From Camelus ferus (Eukaryota): 64,000 bases of DNA. The stretch is from contig NC_045696.1 of assembly GCF_009834535.1 (NCBI RefSeq), positions 88,724,001-88,788,000 on the forward strand, read 5' to 3'. The position numbers and the translations under genes are program-made. Under the pieces are notes generated by a model that was given only the letters and a program-made list of their open reading frames with translations, did no database searches and was not told where the DNA came from. This document shows, piece by piece, positions 1 through 13,309 of the stretch; position 1 is the stretch's first letter, and each line of letters opens with the position of its first letter.

Positions 1-720
1 TTTTAGCCAACAACTCCACATAGTTGATTCTCAAATCTCGAGTCCCATCTCTACTATCTATTCCAAGTTATAGCCAAGAAGATATACTTATCCGGCCAAC
101 TATCTCCTCAACCTGAATACATGATGCCTAAAACTGAACTCCCTCTGCCAAACCATTGAACTCTCTCCCTCAAATCCAACTCCCTTTCTCAACTTTTCTA
201 CCCTCAACAATGGTGCCACAGCTCTCCCGGTTACCAAGACACAGATATCCAGAGACACCTTTGCCTCTATGTCTTCATCTTTACTTAGCCAAAATTAGGA
301 CACAATCTACAAAAATAAGAAAAAAGAAAAGTGGCTACCACAAAAGTAAAGCAATTAAAGAAAAATAGCTTTAATATTAAAATATTGGGTATTCCCAAAT
401 AACACTAGTTTGAGGACAGAATATCTGAAGTATGTCCTATGTAAAAATCCACATACCCCATTACTGTCACACCTATTTTAGCAATTACTGTCTTCACAGC
501 CATCTTTTCCTCTTTACTCACCAACACCACTGCTCTAGCTCAGGCTTTCATGACTTCCCATCTCAACAAGACTTGCCCCTCTTCCAATCCATTCTCCCCA
601 TCAACCTCTGACATCAATCAGTGCCTAAAATGTATCATGCCATTCGCTTACCCAAAGATTTTCAACAACTCAAACTCCTCAGTTTGGCACATAATTTTAT
701 ATTCCACTCTTGGTGGTAGG
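1..720 (+). mobile_element. L2 LINE remnants
   Basis: Pyrimidine-rich degenerate L2 motifs (cctaaaactgaactc; tctagctcaggctttcatgacttcccatctc). Confidence 0.5.
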
Positions 721-3700
721 GTTGGGAAGCCTCTCCGCTTCAGATATATCCTCACAGTTCACAGACTGAAGGTATCCATGTAGGTATAAGACCAAGAAAT
801 AACTGGTAGATTCAACTCATATCTACAACTTCCTTTTCATTTTCTTTCTCTCCTATTTTTCTCTTCATAACTTTTCCTCTTTTCTACTGCTTTTTTGTAC
901 TTAATTTCTTTTTCACCTCCTTCTCTATGCTAATGGCTCCAACAGGAATTTCTAATCCCTAGTAACTCTAAGAACAAAAAATATTATTGATTGTTGTTTT
1001 AATCAACAGTTAATAATAAGAGATGGAACAGAACAGAGAGTGGAAGGAAGGAGATCTTAGCTCTGGCACAACTGTGTCCCCAAGGTTCTCACTGAAATTT
1101 TAAAATAAAGTCAGGAGTGAGGCCATACAAGCTCTCAGACCTGACAATGCAGGCCTCATTGAGTATGGAGAGTGTGGCCTGCTGCCCATTTATTCAGGAA
1201 TACAGAAGTAGCACAAACATAATTCCTCTCATTGTAGTTTTCCCCTATATCTCATCAAAAGCTAGACAGGGCCCTGGGTTTTCCCCCAGAGTAGATGAGT
1301 ATCAGATGGAAAGGAAATGAATTAAAATTAAGGAATCTTGGGACATTTTTATATTATCCCCTCACCCCCATACCCCAGTCCCCTACCCCCACCATCAAAC
1401 CAAGGATATCTTGTCCTTACAGAGCTTCCAATAAGTTGGGGTTGGACCTCCCAGCTCCCCGCCCTCCAAAAAAAAAACTTTCTCTGCTTTTCTTAAGTCT
1501 CACATTTTAATTGCATTAGGTCATATTTACATCTTCACAGCAAAATGAATTTTATTTCCCATTTCATAAAATACTCTGTCTTTCACAGAAATGAAATACA
1601 ACAAACAATTCTCACTGTACTCACACACATTTAAAGCCCCAATCTGAAGTCTATGGGTTTTACCCAAAGATGAAATTACTCTTGTTCACAGATATCCCAT
1701 ACACACCATTCAATTCTTTCTCCCTGCCCCCGACACTTTTTACTCTAAAGAAGGAGGAATCAATTTATTGACATCTAGATATTTTTAAACTTCTCCCTTC
1801 CTCTGTCTCTACTTTCATTGAAGGAAAAATTGGGGGCTCTAAGCAAAAGGGAAGGTCATCTGTATTCAGACAGCATATTTTTGCGAGAATGCAAAAAGCA
1901 GAGGAGGAGGAAAAGATGAATTGCAGGTAACTGAAAAGCAGTGTTTCCATTTAGGATTTCTCTTCCTTTCATTGCATGGCATCTAATTTAAACACACCAT
2001 CCTTCCTAGGGGAAAAAGGGCCCCAAACATTTCAAACCTTTCACTGCTCCAGTATTTGACCACAGGATTCAGTGTATGCCCTGCCCTGGGCAGAATGTAA
2101 AATGTTCCGTTTGTCTGAGCAAAAGTCTTTTTCTGCATTCTTTATCCTTTCCCTTCTCTTTGATTATATCTCCCAGAAATCTGGTGCACTCTGCACAGGC
2201 CTCAGGAATAATTTCTAATGTTAGAATGGCAGATATTATACCACGAGGTTATCAAGCCAGTTAGCCACTGAACAAATGTTTATTAAGCACCCATGATGAA
2301 CAATTTGGACCTTCCTCAAAATGTTAATCATTGTACCTGGGAGAGAAAGGTTCTGTCATCAAAAGGTTGGTTTTAACACTGGATTTAGCAGGTTTCTCAG
2401 AACCTTTAATATGCTAATGAGCACCTGGGACTCAGAAGTAGTACCAGCGCAGAGGCTCCCGGACTTTACTGACCAGGACTACTTTCACCGAACACCCATT
2501 TGCCATTCTGTAAAATGGTTTGAAAAAAGTTGTGCTTGGAGAATTCAGAGGAGGTGGAGAGCCCCTATACTGGAGTAGAAGAATGAGAAATCACCTCAGG
2601 GAGGAACACCTGAGCCAGGTCCTGAAGGATGGGTAAGGTGTGACTGCAGAAATGGGAAGAGGACAGCGAGCACTGGGAAGTTCTGAGTGGTGCCTCTCTG
2701 GTCATTGACCTACTTCACTTACACTGAAGCTCGTCCTCCCTGCCCTGTGCTCCAGGGTGAACCCACTCTGGGGGAGTGTCTGTTGTTCAGACCCCACCAC
2801 GCCCCAGATGCCCGTACATGAAGACCCAGCTCTAAGGAGGAAGGGAAGGCAAGGAGATGATGGGTGGGAGAAGAGAGGCACCTTCCTAGAAGAGTGGAAG
2901 ACTGGGAGCTTACTTCTCATCCCCGCCCAACCTCCTTCCAAAGATTTCCTTATTTTAACTCTCTTTCGGTCCAAGCCAGTTACTATATCTTGCCAGTTGA
3001 AGTTTTAAAAAGACAAAAAATCCTTGAGAATAAAAAATCTTTGCTTTTCTATGTATCTCTAAACCGTTTCCCAAATGTATAAACTGTACCATTGCCCCAC
3101 TTTGTTTGTTTCAGATGTGGAGATCTGTATGGCAAGTTGTCAAAAATTATAGCTTTCTAGAATAAAGTAGCTGTGTGATGTGTGCAGATTGTTCCACTGA
3201 GTAAAACTCATTCCCTTCACTCTGAATCTCTAAGGCAAGGATTATTAGAAAGTAGTATTTTTGAATTTAAAAATAAAAATGTGTGGCTTAAATGCACACA
3301 GGAAGCTAAACCAATGGGTTAAACTTACTACAGAAATGTGAGGGGTTAAGGAGTACTGTTAGTGTTTGTAGAATGGTACTAAAAAAATTGGTTTTATCTG
3401 ATTATAAAGGTAATGCCTATTTATCGTTAAAAAAAAAACAAAGCAACAATAACTTAGAAATATAAAAAAGCCAAAGAAGAAAATTAAAACTACCAAGACA
3501 GAACTTCTATTTAATAATGTCTTTAAAACTGAATTCTGGCAATTTAAAAAAATAGACTTGTAAGATTATGGTATGATACACATAAGAAATGTATTCTCAA
3601 CCATTTCTAAGTGTACAGTTTAGTGGCATTAAGTACATGAAACAGATTTTGAGATCCAGAAAACTTGGGTTTCTCAAGCCATTCCAGAAAAAAGTTGCCA

Positions 3701-4894
3701 TCTGGCCCTTAAACAACAATAGAATGTGATTTATAAATACTACATAAAAGGACAAAAGGAATATCCTTAAAGAATATTTAAGTAACATCTTAATAAAGTC
3801 ATTTTATCCTTGAAGAAAAAAATGCTACATAAATAAAAGGCATTATAAATATCATACCCTTTCTTGTAAGGTTGACAGGGACTTTCTCACATTTGGGTTT
3901 CTTTACTTCCTGCCAAATACAGCCATGCGCTAGGGGTGCAGAATCCTAATTTAGCATTTACTACCTGTAATTAGCACGTTAGAAATTCTGGCCAGCCACT
4001 CCATCCCTGATGTCACACACTAAGCACTCCTCTAAGGCCAGGCTGCCCAGCAGCCCCACCCTTCCAGGGAAAGGAAAACAGTCTGAACTTTGCACACCCT
4101 CTTGTTACATCTCTCAGAATCTCATAGATTGAGTGCAGGGCTCCAAAGGAATAATTCTATCAGACTTGATCTTGGAAAATCAAGCAGTGCAGAACTACAC
4201 AATCAGAGAACCCCTCAGCCCCAATTATTTCAAAACAACAAGCATTTTTTAAAAAGACTTTTTCTAAAAGCACACCTGTAACTTCAGCCTCCACTGAAAG
4301 GTACCCAGGCATACTCATGCCAGAATGCAATGCTTTTGAGTCTTCTTGGTATAAAGCAAAAATGTTATCTATTTCATTTTATGAAAAAAGAAAAAGGAAC
4401 AGCAGTTTAAATCCTTTGCCTGAAGTCACCTGGAAATAACAATTAATACTTAGGAAAGTGACAGTCAAGGATCGAATTCTTCTTTTTGACCCAATTAATG
4501 CACACAAACCGTGCTTAAGGAAAAGCAGGAGCAGAGAAAGAAGGAAGAACAGTTCTTGGCAACAAATCACCATCAACGGCTCAAATGTTCACATGTATTT
4601 GGGTAAGTGCCAGATGCTTAAGCTCAAAGACATGAACATCTTTGGGCAGCTGAAGGGCAAGGAAGGCACCAAAGCAGCGAGCTGAGAGAAAAGTGCCCTC
4701 CTCAAGGTCTGAAGCAGGGGCCAGCTTAGCAGGGACAACAGCAATTCCACAGTCTAAGGGAAGCTGCTTTGGGATGGGAGGGATAAGGTGACACCCACCC
4801 AGTGCCATGCCAAGTGTGTGGCACGTCCAACTTGCCCATCTGCAGACAGGACTGTTGCAGTCCTTTTACAGGTCTTCACAGGCTTTACAGACGG

Positions 4895-5090
4895 TCACGA
4901 ATTATTGCTTGCTATGATCCTACTAAGTGCAAGGCATGGAGTTACAACAACCCCGAGGAAGCTGAGGCTTAGAGGAGTGAAGTAATTCTCCCGAGGTTCT
5001 CAGGTAGAAAGTCACGCGGCCAGGATTCAGAATAAGGTCTGCCCAGCTCTGAAGCCCAAGACTTTTCCACTCTTCCAATGTGCTGATCTC
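4895..5090 (-). mobile_element. MIR SINE
   Basis: Core gaggaagctgaggcttagaggagtgaagtaa...ccaggattcaga. Confidence 0.7.
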
Positions 5091-5161
5091 ATCCAGGACA
5101 CAGTTTAAGACATTCAACTTAAACTCATAAAGAGAAAGATCTTTTTCATAGTATGTTAAAA

Positions 5162-5349
5162 CTGGAGTTGGCAAACTTTTTCTGTCAAAAGCCAGTGAAA
5201 TATTTTAGGTTTTGCAAGCCATGTAAAGTTTCTGTTGAATACTCATTTTTGCTTTCTCTTACAACCCTTCAAAAATATTTTTAAAAAAAATTCCCAGCTC
5301 ATGAGGCTGTACAAAAACTGGCCATAGGCCACAGTTTGCCAACCCCTCA
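5162..5349. mobile_element. MER58-family hAT-Charlie MITE
   Basis: Terminal inverted repeats gttggcaaact ... agtttgccaac; interior aaatattttaggttttgc. Confidence 0.85.
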
Positions 5350-6639
5350 ATTAGAAGACATGGTCCAAGCAAAGCTCAGTGATTGTGATGGATGAGAAGT
5401 GTTATCTCTGACTCAATCTCCGGATTTACCAAGATGCTTTTCATTTCAGAATGGGGAGAAAAACGGGGGCTAGATAATCAGCATTCAATCTAGTCCCTGC
5501 ACATACATCCCATTATGAAGTAAAGTGTACGGAACAGTGGCCCCTTACCTAGACTCCTGCATCAGAATAGTTTTAGAAGCTGTAGCATTTATTTCATTTA
5601 CTGACTCATTCTATTTCTAGGCCTTTGCATATTCCAACTTTAGCATTAATCTGTCACTGAAAACCAATGCTTTCTGCAGTCTAAATAAAACTGACTATTT
5701 CAGAGGGTCATAACATAACGAACAGAAATGTAGGGAGATCTGAGCTGATCATGGGCTCTTTTAATATGATCAAAGGCCTCTGGGGTTCTGTTAAGTGAAA
5801 TTATAGAAAATATTTTCCATTCAGTTTATGACACTTGTAAAACAGGCTTCTGAACACTCCCTGCAACTTGCAATAATCACCAAGTCAACCCAACAGATGT
5901 TGGAAACTGGATCCAGTTCATCAACACGAGAGCCCATAATGAGGTGCATTTTAAATGACATTCAGATGCCACTATGCAAGCAAAAATAATCTATCTACCA
6001 TTTATGACCTCCTTAATATTCTCTTTAGACATGAACACTTGCATACGCTACCCGTGTGCCCTGTCAGTTGTCGGCTGGCTGACCTCTGTCTTGGTCTTGG
6101 CAATACAACTTTAGTGCCAGGTCTCCAGTGAAAATATTTTCAACTCTGCTGATTCATGCCCAGCTGCTTGGTAGCTACAGAGTGGAAACAGAGGATGGCC
6201 ACTAGAGACCAATTTAATAGCAACAAATGTTATTTTCACAGCTGAGCTAAACAAGTTGGAAACCAGAAGTCTCCAGATTCCAAAGGGTGGTGCTTAATTT
6301 CATAAGGCCACGTGTGGAACCACACAGCCCATCTTACAGGTAAATATATACAGGCTGATTTTAATCACAGAAGCAGCTAGCAAATTAGGGCAGGAGTGAG
6401 AGCAATAAAAGCAGATCCCTTCCTGAATTTTGCTTCTTTTGTCCCATTGCATAATCCCCTCTTGTGAAACCCAGGATGGTCAGGAAAAAGACCTGGCCCA
6501 AGACCTACTAACACAGATTAAAACAAGACTAGAAAAAAAAAAGTGACCAACCTCAAAAGCCAGTTACAAGGTGCAGTCAAACAAGGAAAGTGCTTCTTTG
6601 TGTACAAAGGGCATGGCAACCTCAGTCATGAGGACATCC

Positions 6640-6830
6640 GGCACCTAAGGGCTTAGACGTGTGCTAGGCATTTTACACACAGTGTATCATACAATCATCA
6701 TTAGCTTGGAAGAGAGGAAACAGCACCCTTATTTTACCAATGAAGAACTGAGACTTGGAGAAACATTCCCAGGATCACACAGGTAAGAAGTACCAGGCCA
6801 GGCATTTGAACTGGATCTGTCTGGGATCCA
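6640..6830 (-). mobile_element. MIR SINE
   Basis: gtgctaggcattttacac...attttaccaatgaagaactgagac...ggatcacac...tttgaact. Confidence 0.7.
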
Positions 6831-9380
6831 ACCCACCCTTTCATTTCATCAGGCTTCATCTCCTAGAATAAAATAACGAAACAGAGCATGGAATAGACAA
6901 CACTCAGGAGTTACACAGGCAGGTGGTACTGGTAAGCAGCAGGGCTCCAGGCTCAGGCCAGGGCTCTACCATCCCATGGGAGAGGTGGCAAGAGCGAGCT
7001 GGGACGCAAGGGCTACAGTTGTAAATGATGTCATACTTGGCACTAATGATCTTCCCGAAGTCAGTTCCCAAGGCCAGTACTGTCAACACGAAGCTAGAAA
7101 CCAGGGCACCAAGCAGGAAGTGGGGAGACCTGGGACACAGTTGGCATCACGGGAGTCCAAGTAACCTGGACCCTCCTGACTGAGAGTCTGAAGCTGTTTA
7201 AATACTGCCTTGGCTCCAGATTGGTCCAGGAACTAGAGTTGAGCCTTTAGGGGAGAAACTCACCGTGGGGAGGAAAAGGGAGTAGGGCAGGGCTTATGAG
7301 ACAGGACTGGCATTTTTAACCTCAGGACCACAGCAAATACAACCAACTTTCCTTTCCATGTCTTCCCTCAATGACCTTCCCAGAAGGCCAGCTCTCCACA
7401 ATAAAAAGAACAGGATAATAATCTAAGCAAACTCAAGGAGAGGGAAAAAACATATTTTGCCAGGATTAAATCAGAATTTCTATTTCCAAACACCAGCCCC
7501 GTGCTGGCAGAGCTGGGGCTCAGGAGCAGATTCAGAGAGAACACTGGTGCCAGGCACGCCAGCCTTAGCAGCTGGCACCCCTCCCCTGCCCCAGCCTCCA
7601 GCACTCTCACCCTTCGCGGGCCACTGCCACACTTCTTACCACATCATCCAACCAAACAGATGAAGCCAGTCCTGGATCGTGTGAGGTGGAAGGCAAGGAA
7701 ACTGGCAGCCGGGGCAGTGAACAGAAGGAAAGGTGTCCAGGAAGGTACAATGCCCCCCTCCTGGGGACCCCCGTCTTCTCCCCAGAAAGAAGCTACTGGA
7801 CAAACACGGCAGAGGAGGGGGACAGGAATTCAAAATTCAAGCCCTGATTCACTGGGCTATGACTGACGAGAGATCCAGCTGAGTGCACTAGGCTGACCAG
7901 ATGATTCATCAGCCCCCTCCTCTGCTCTGTGATGGAAGCCACTGTCTCAAGGCACATAATTACACCCAAGTGTCCTCAGGTACCTGAAGGTGACAGCCAG
8001 GCTGTGCAGAGCTTCAGGTCTGGCCTCTCTGGGCTGGCTGCCTCTCCATCCAGGTCAAGTGATGCCACTGCTGCTGGCCTGGGACTAAGCCAGCCAGGGT
8101 CAAGGGTGGGGCTGGAAGTCGAGGTCAAAGCTCCTCAGGCAGCCCCACTTACCTGACTATCTTCTTAACAGATTTCTGCATCTCTCCAGAAGCCCAGCAC
8201 CCCTCTGACTCCTCCCACAAGGAGAGGAGAATCCCAGGGAAGAGAAAGGGAACCGCCAGGTCCCTCTCTTCTAGCCTGAGTTAGGCCAAAGTGGGAGCAG
8301 AGTTGAACAAGAAGAAAATGTTTAGAACAGCTAAAATCCTATGCCAGTGAGGTACTACTGCTGGATTCAATCTAGATAAATCAGCTTTGTCGGCAGTCTG
8401 AAAAAGATCATTTGCTTCAGATACAAAAGATTAATTGGAAGAGATTTTTTTGATCATAGAGATAAAAGAAATCTCAAGAAGTTATCTGGTCAGACAAGCA
8501 GTCGATCTTCACAAAGCTCTCCTAGGAAAGAAATCACACCATTAATACCACTACCAGTCTTTATAAACAAGAAATTACTCTTCAGACATAAATCTCTAAA
8601 ACTCATTTAACTTTAAACCAAATGCCTACTACTTCATTCTCAGTGGAAACAAAAGTTGCTACCCACAAAAATGTGTCCATACAGAAATTTTTTCACCTCA
8701 GTCTCTTTTCCAAAATAAAAACATCCCAATCCATAAATGTTTCCTCAGTTCTTTCACTAATTTCTTTCTTCTTTTCCTGAACCCTTTCCAAACTAATTAT
8801 GAGCTAAGGACTGGTCATTTAATTATTAGACAATGCAGCTGGTGACAGCTTTCACCAAGTTAAAATGGTTTTTATCTCAAGTGTGTTTTCCACAGGACAC
8901 AAGTTCATGTTTTGTTTTTGTCTACTTTCCAACTAGATGCCCCAATATAAAACAAGGAAGAACATGCAGAAAAGAGAAGCAGTTGGTGTTGGAAACTCAA
9001 CAAATGCCTAAGCTAATTTATAGAGTAACTGAAAAATAATCCACATGAATTTTAAATCAAAACGCAGCAAGGTGGAAAATGGCACACGGTTACACAACAT
9101 AAACTCCCAAAATTATAAAAGCTGTTAATGTACTGCAATGGCATTGCTGATTAGTTATTTGTCACCATGATGGCTTGCAGAATTATTTAACTGTTGCAGG
9201 AGAAACTGATTTTTTTGAAGATAGGCTCCCATTTGTTTAAACACCCATGTGCTACCAAAGTTAAATAAAAATGTTCATCGCAGGTGGACGTTCCTAAAAT
9301 TGTCAGGAAATGTTCTAATCCATAACGAAAATCATGGCAAATTGCTTTTCTTTAGATCAGCCTTGTCGCATGTGTTAGAC

Positions 9381-9561
9381 CCATTTCTCTCAATCTTGGC
9401 TGCATAGTGAAATCACCTGAGGAGCTTTAAAAACTACTCCTGCCTGGGCCCCACCCTCAGAGATTCTGATGTAATTGGTCTGAGGTGAGGCCTGGATATC
9501 GGCAATTTTTTATCCAGCTCTCCAACTGATCCTAATATGCAGCAAAGACAGAGAACCACTG
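9381..9561. mobile_element. MER5A-family hAT-Charlie MITE
   Basis: tctcaatcttggctgca...aatcacctgaggagcttt...cagagattctgat...gagaaccactg. Confidence 0.85.
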
Positions 9562-9599
9562 CCTCAGACAATATTAAACATATCAATTAAAAATAATGT

Positions 9600-10030
9600 A
9601 TTATAAGATTACCATGTGCCAAGAATTGTTACTGAGTAAAAGAAGAAGTATAGGACGGATCCTGCCCTCAAGACCCGCAGTCTAAGGGGGAGAAAGACAT
9701 GTAACTCGACAGTTACCACACAGCGTGCTAAGTGCTGTGACCGAGGGGCAGAGAGCAGTGAAGGGAGCCCGGCAGACGGGCATCTAACACAACCAGGCAG
9801 AGAGGCAGTGGTGTCGGGGCAGCTTCTCCAACACCATGAGAAGGTGGGGAGAGGCATCTCAGGAAGAGGGGCTGGAATGTGCAAAGGCCCAGAAGCTGGA
9901 GAGTGCGGCCCCTTCCTTGGAGTACTGTATGTTGTTCTTTACAGGTGAGGCAGAGGGTAGACGTGAATAAAGAGGGAAATAAGGCTGGGGGTTTTCCCAT
10001 GTGCCCAGAGGGCCCAAACTGGTCATGTAA
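9600..10030 (-). mobile_element. L2 LINE remnant (GC/CpG-enriched)
   Basis: accatgtgccaag...cctgccctcaag...cagtcta...tgcaaaggcccagaag follow the antisense L2 3' region. Confidence 0.65.
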
Positions 10031-12841
10031 GTGGACCAAGCAGTCTGAGTGCGAGGCAACAGTTTGTAGGCAGACTGCCCAACCCAAGGCAGGGAGGAGG
10101 GGAGGGGGCTGTTGCTTCTTAGCTCCAGTTAATGTGAGAATAAAGGCTCAATGTTGACACATCTTCGAGATTTTCAAGGGATGCCAAGAATCTGGCCCTT
10201 ATGTGAAATTTACAGGTTTTAAAACATGAAGCAGGAGAAATAAACAAGTCTGCCAGCCAGACACTGCCTACAGCGCTGCAGGTATGGGCCATAACTTTTT
10301 ACTACATTATGGAAAATTACTTAAGCATTTTCAAGGGGTGAAGGCAGCAGTGTCCAGTTTAGACTCAAGTACATTTTTAAATGTGAAATTGAACTGCAGT
10401 GTTGCAGACAGCAATCTGATGAGTCCAGTGGTATAAAGCTTTCCCCCACAGTAATGCTAGTCAAGGTGCCACAGTTCTGAAATTAGCCCCCTACTTTTTC
10501 GTTTTTCAGATTCAATACAGGATCTTCTCAGTTTTAATTGGAGGAAGGAAAAAAAACAATCTGGTAAATATTAAGATGAAGGTAGAGGACCACACTTATT
10601 AGGGTTTCAAGGTGACATAAATTAGAGTCAGATCTGAATTACATATGCAGCTGGAGTACAGAGGTGGTCATCAAAAATCACAGATGATCTGCCAAGCTGG
10701 GCTAGGGCTCTAGGCCCTGGGCAGTGATCCTCTGTAGTCTGGGAACATAGCCAGCTGCCCAAGCGGGACAGCCAGACAGGAGGGAGTGGAAAACCCAGAT
10801 GCCAGGAGAAGGTCATGCAGTCCCCAGAGAGGACTTTGCTTCCTCCATTTGGGCCCAGTCTCAACCTCCTCCCCAAGGTCAATTTCCCAATGTAAGGTAA
10901 GAGGCAGTTCCCCTACACAGGATAATTGGTAGTCAAATACTAAAAGGGCCACCTACAAACAGGAATTCTCCGCACTCTAAGTTAGTATCCATTTATAGCC
11001 ACAAGGCAAATCTCCACATGTGGCAAAAAGAGCACTCAGAAAAGATTTTCAAAAAATCTGTGAAAAGGCACTTGGCCTGCATTTCCCAAAGGTATAGTTC
11101 ACAAACATAGTTATCTGCACACAAAATCAGGAATTAAGAACATTTGCATGATCTTATAGATTTGATTAGGGAAAAAACAAGCCTCAGTCAAAAACTGGGC
11201 AGTGGTAAAGAATCCATCAGAGACACATGGTTACAACTAAGTCTCCAATCAAATAAGTGGATAGAAGTATTGTCCCAGGAAAGACTGTTTATCTAGTAAA
11301 ACATGAACTGCTTGATTTTTCCCTTCAGGTTTTAACAAAAAGAGAAAGCATACCATTACCATGTCTGGTAAAAGGCCTGTAGTCCCGGCATGTCATTTCT
11401 AATTTTAGAGATGGGAATGGGATTCTCTCAGGCACTCTGCCTTCCAAAGAGGGGCTGCTGAACTGCAAGATATTAGAATCTCTGAAAGCTTGAAATTATA
11501 CAATAACATTTCTAAGTCAGCAAAAACAATGGTCCTTTCTTTCACAAGAGGCTGTTTAAAGTTAAATTACATTCAATAATCTCTACACCAAGAGTCTCTC
11601 AAATATCTTTTTAAAGTTTAAGTATTACGTAAACTCATGAAAGATCTCTAAAGGCAGAAAAGGGAATATATCATTGAATATGAAGACTCAAAATTTAATG
11701 TGAAAAACCATTCTCCATCCATCAATTGCCATGCACAATTAAACAGCTAAATAAAGAAATAACAGTCCTGAAATCATGAAAAGAACTTCATTTTTCAGCA
11801 AGAAAATAGTCACCTTAGTGAATCCACAAAGCATATATTAGAATGTACTGTATGTTAGAATGTATCAATAACATGAACATTTTTCATCAAGTCTTATTTA
11901 AATGTGTCCCACATATAATTTTCATCTTTTCTTGATAGAGAAATTAGTGTTTGTGCAGAAATTACCAGTGTTTCTACTACTCCTGGATTAGCTTTTGAGC
12001 AGCACCCTGATCCGCTTTGCATATTTCACACAAAAGTGTTGAGTTATCTCCAGGGCTTGCTTTCATGTTGCAGCCAAACCAGCCTGCCAGCACTGTTTTT
12101 CCCAGTTTCACCTGTTTGGGCTTACCGGAAAAACTAGGAATTTTACGATTAATCCATGAGGGAACTTAACCATTCTTTTTAAGAAAGTCCGTGTTCTACC
12201 TCCAAAAGGCCTGTACAACCGTATCAGTGGTATGAGTAGTGAGTTTTTTTTAATTAAAAAGTATTTTTTAATTATGCTTTTTCTTAACCAAAACTCTGAA
12301 TTTATTTATTTAAAAAAAAAAATTTTAAAGTACTGTGCCCCAGGAGGATTACTGCTTTTGCCTAGATAAAGCTGAGATTTAAATTCAGGCCTCTGACTTT
12401 TCAAAACCCATACCGTACCATTACCGTCTTTCCACCATACCACACTATCTTCTAGCATGACTTTATTAGGCACATTGAAAATATACCATCTAAATAATAT
12501 GTGCACCTATTTGCATCAATATGCTTGTTTTCCTAAATGCTCCCGCCACTCACTTGCTCCTCCATAGGAATAACGAGGGCTGAATGAGAACAGGGCTCAA
12601 TAAACATTCAGGCTCTTCCTAAGACCCAGTTGCCTACCTTCTAAAACGAACAAATTCTAACAAAGAGTGGATTGCTCACCTGCATAGAATCATATTAGCA
12701 TCTTTAAGCCTCGTTTCTGAACTCTGGCTTATAGATTTCTAGCCACTTGCTTAGATGGATGGCATACCACAGCCTAGCCACATGATAACCACATCCTTCT
12801 CTCCAAATCACATGACCAGGCACTATCACAGATAACACCTG

Positions 12842-13309
12842 TGAGACAGGCTGGTACCTGGGACCCTCTACCGGAGTGCCTGTACCTGGACAATTGTCTC
12901 CTCAAGCAACAAAATAAAAAGAAACTGTAAGGAACTAAAAATAACTGTACACATGGGCAGCTAGGGCAATTATAAACAATAAGATATAAGAAGGCCACAA
13001 ACCCACTGCCATTTCTGAGGTGCCAGGAGCAAAAGCAGGATCCTGTGCATGATCCCTGCACACAGCACCACCAAGGGGGCAGGCAGACCACCTAAGCTAC
13101 AGCTCCTGGCCAACCCACCCATCCACCCCTGTTGTTACCCATTTTAAGGACTCAAGCAGCAATTCTCAGAGAGCCAGCAAGAGAAACTTTTCTTGTTTTC
13201 ACTGCCTCGTGCTGCAGCACAAGCCCCAATAAAGCCTCACCTGAATTTCTTGCCTGGCATTTTGTCAATTTCTATTGATTAAAGAGTCTACAGGTCTGGG
13301 ATGGTAACA
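12842..13309 (+). mobile_element. Solo ERV1-class LTR (MER41-like end, artiodactyl-type)
   Basis: TG...CA termini (TGAGACAGG...GGTAACA), 4-bp TSD CCTG at 12838-12841 and 13310-13313, AATAAA near 13228, U5 tcaatttctattgattaaagagtc. Confidence 0.85.
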
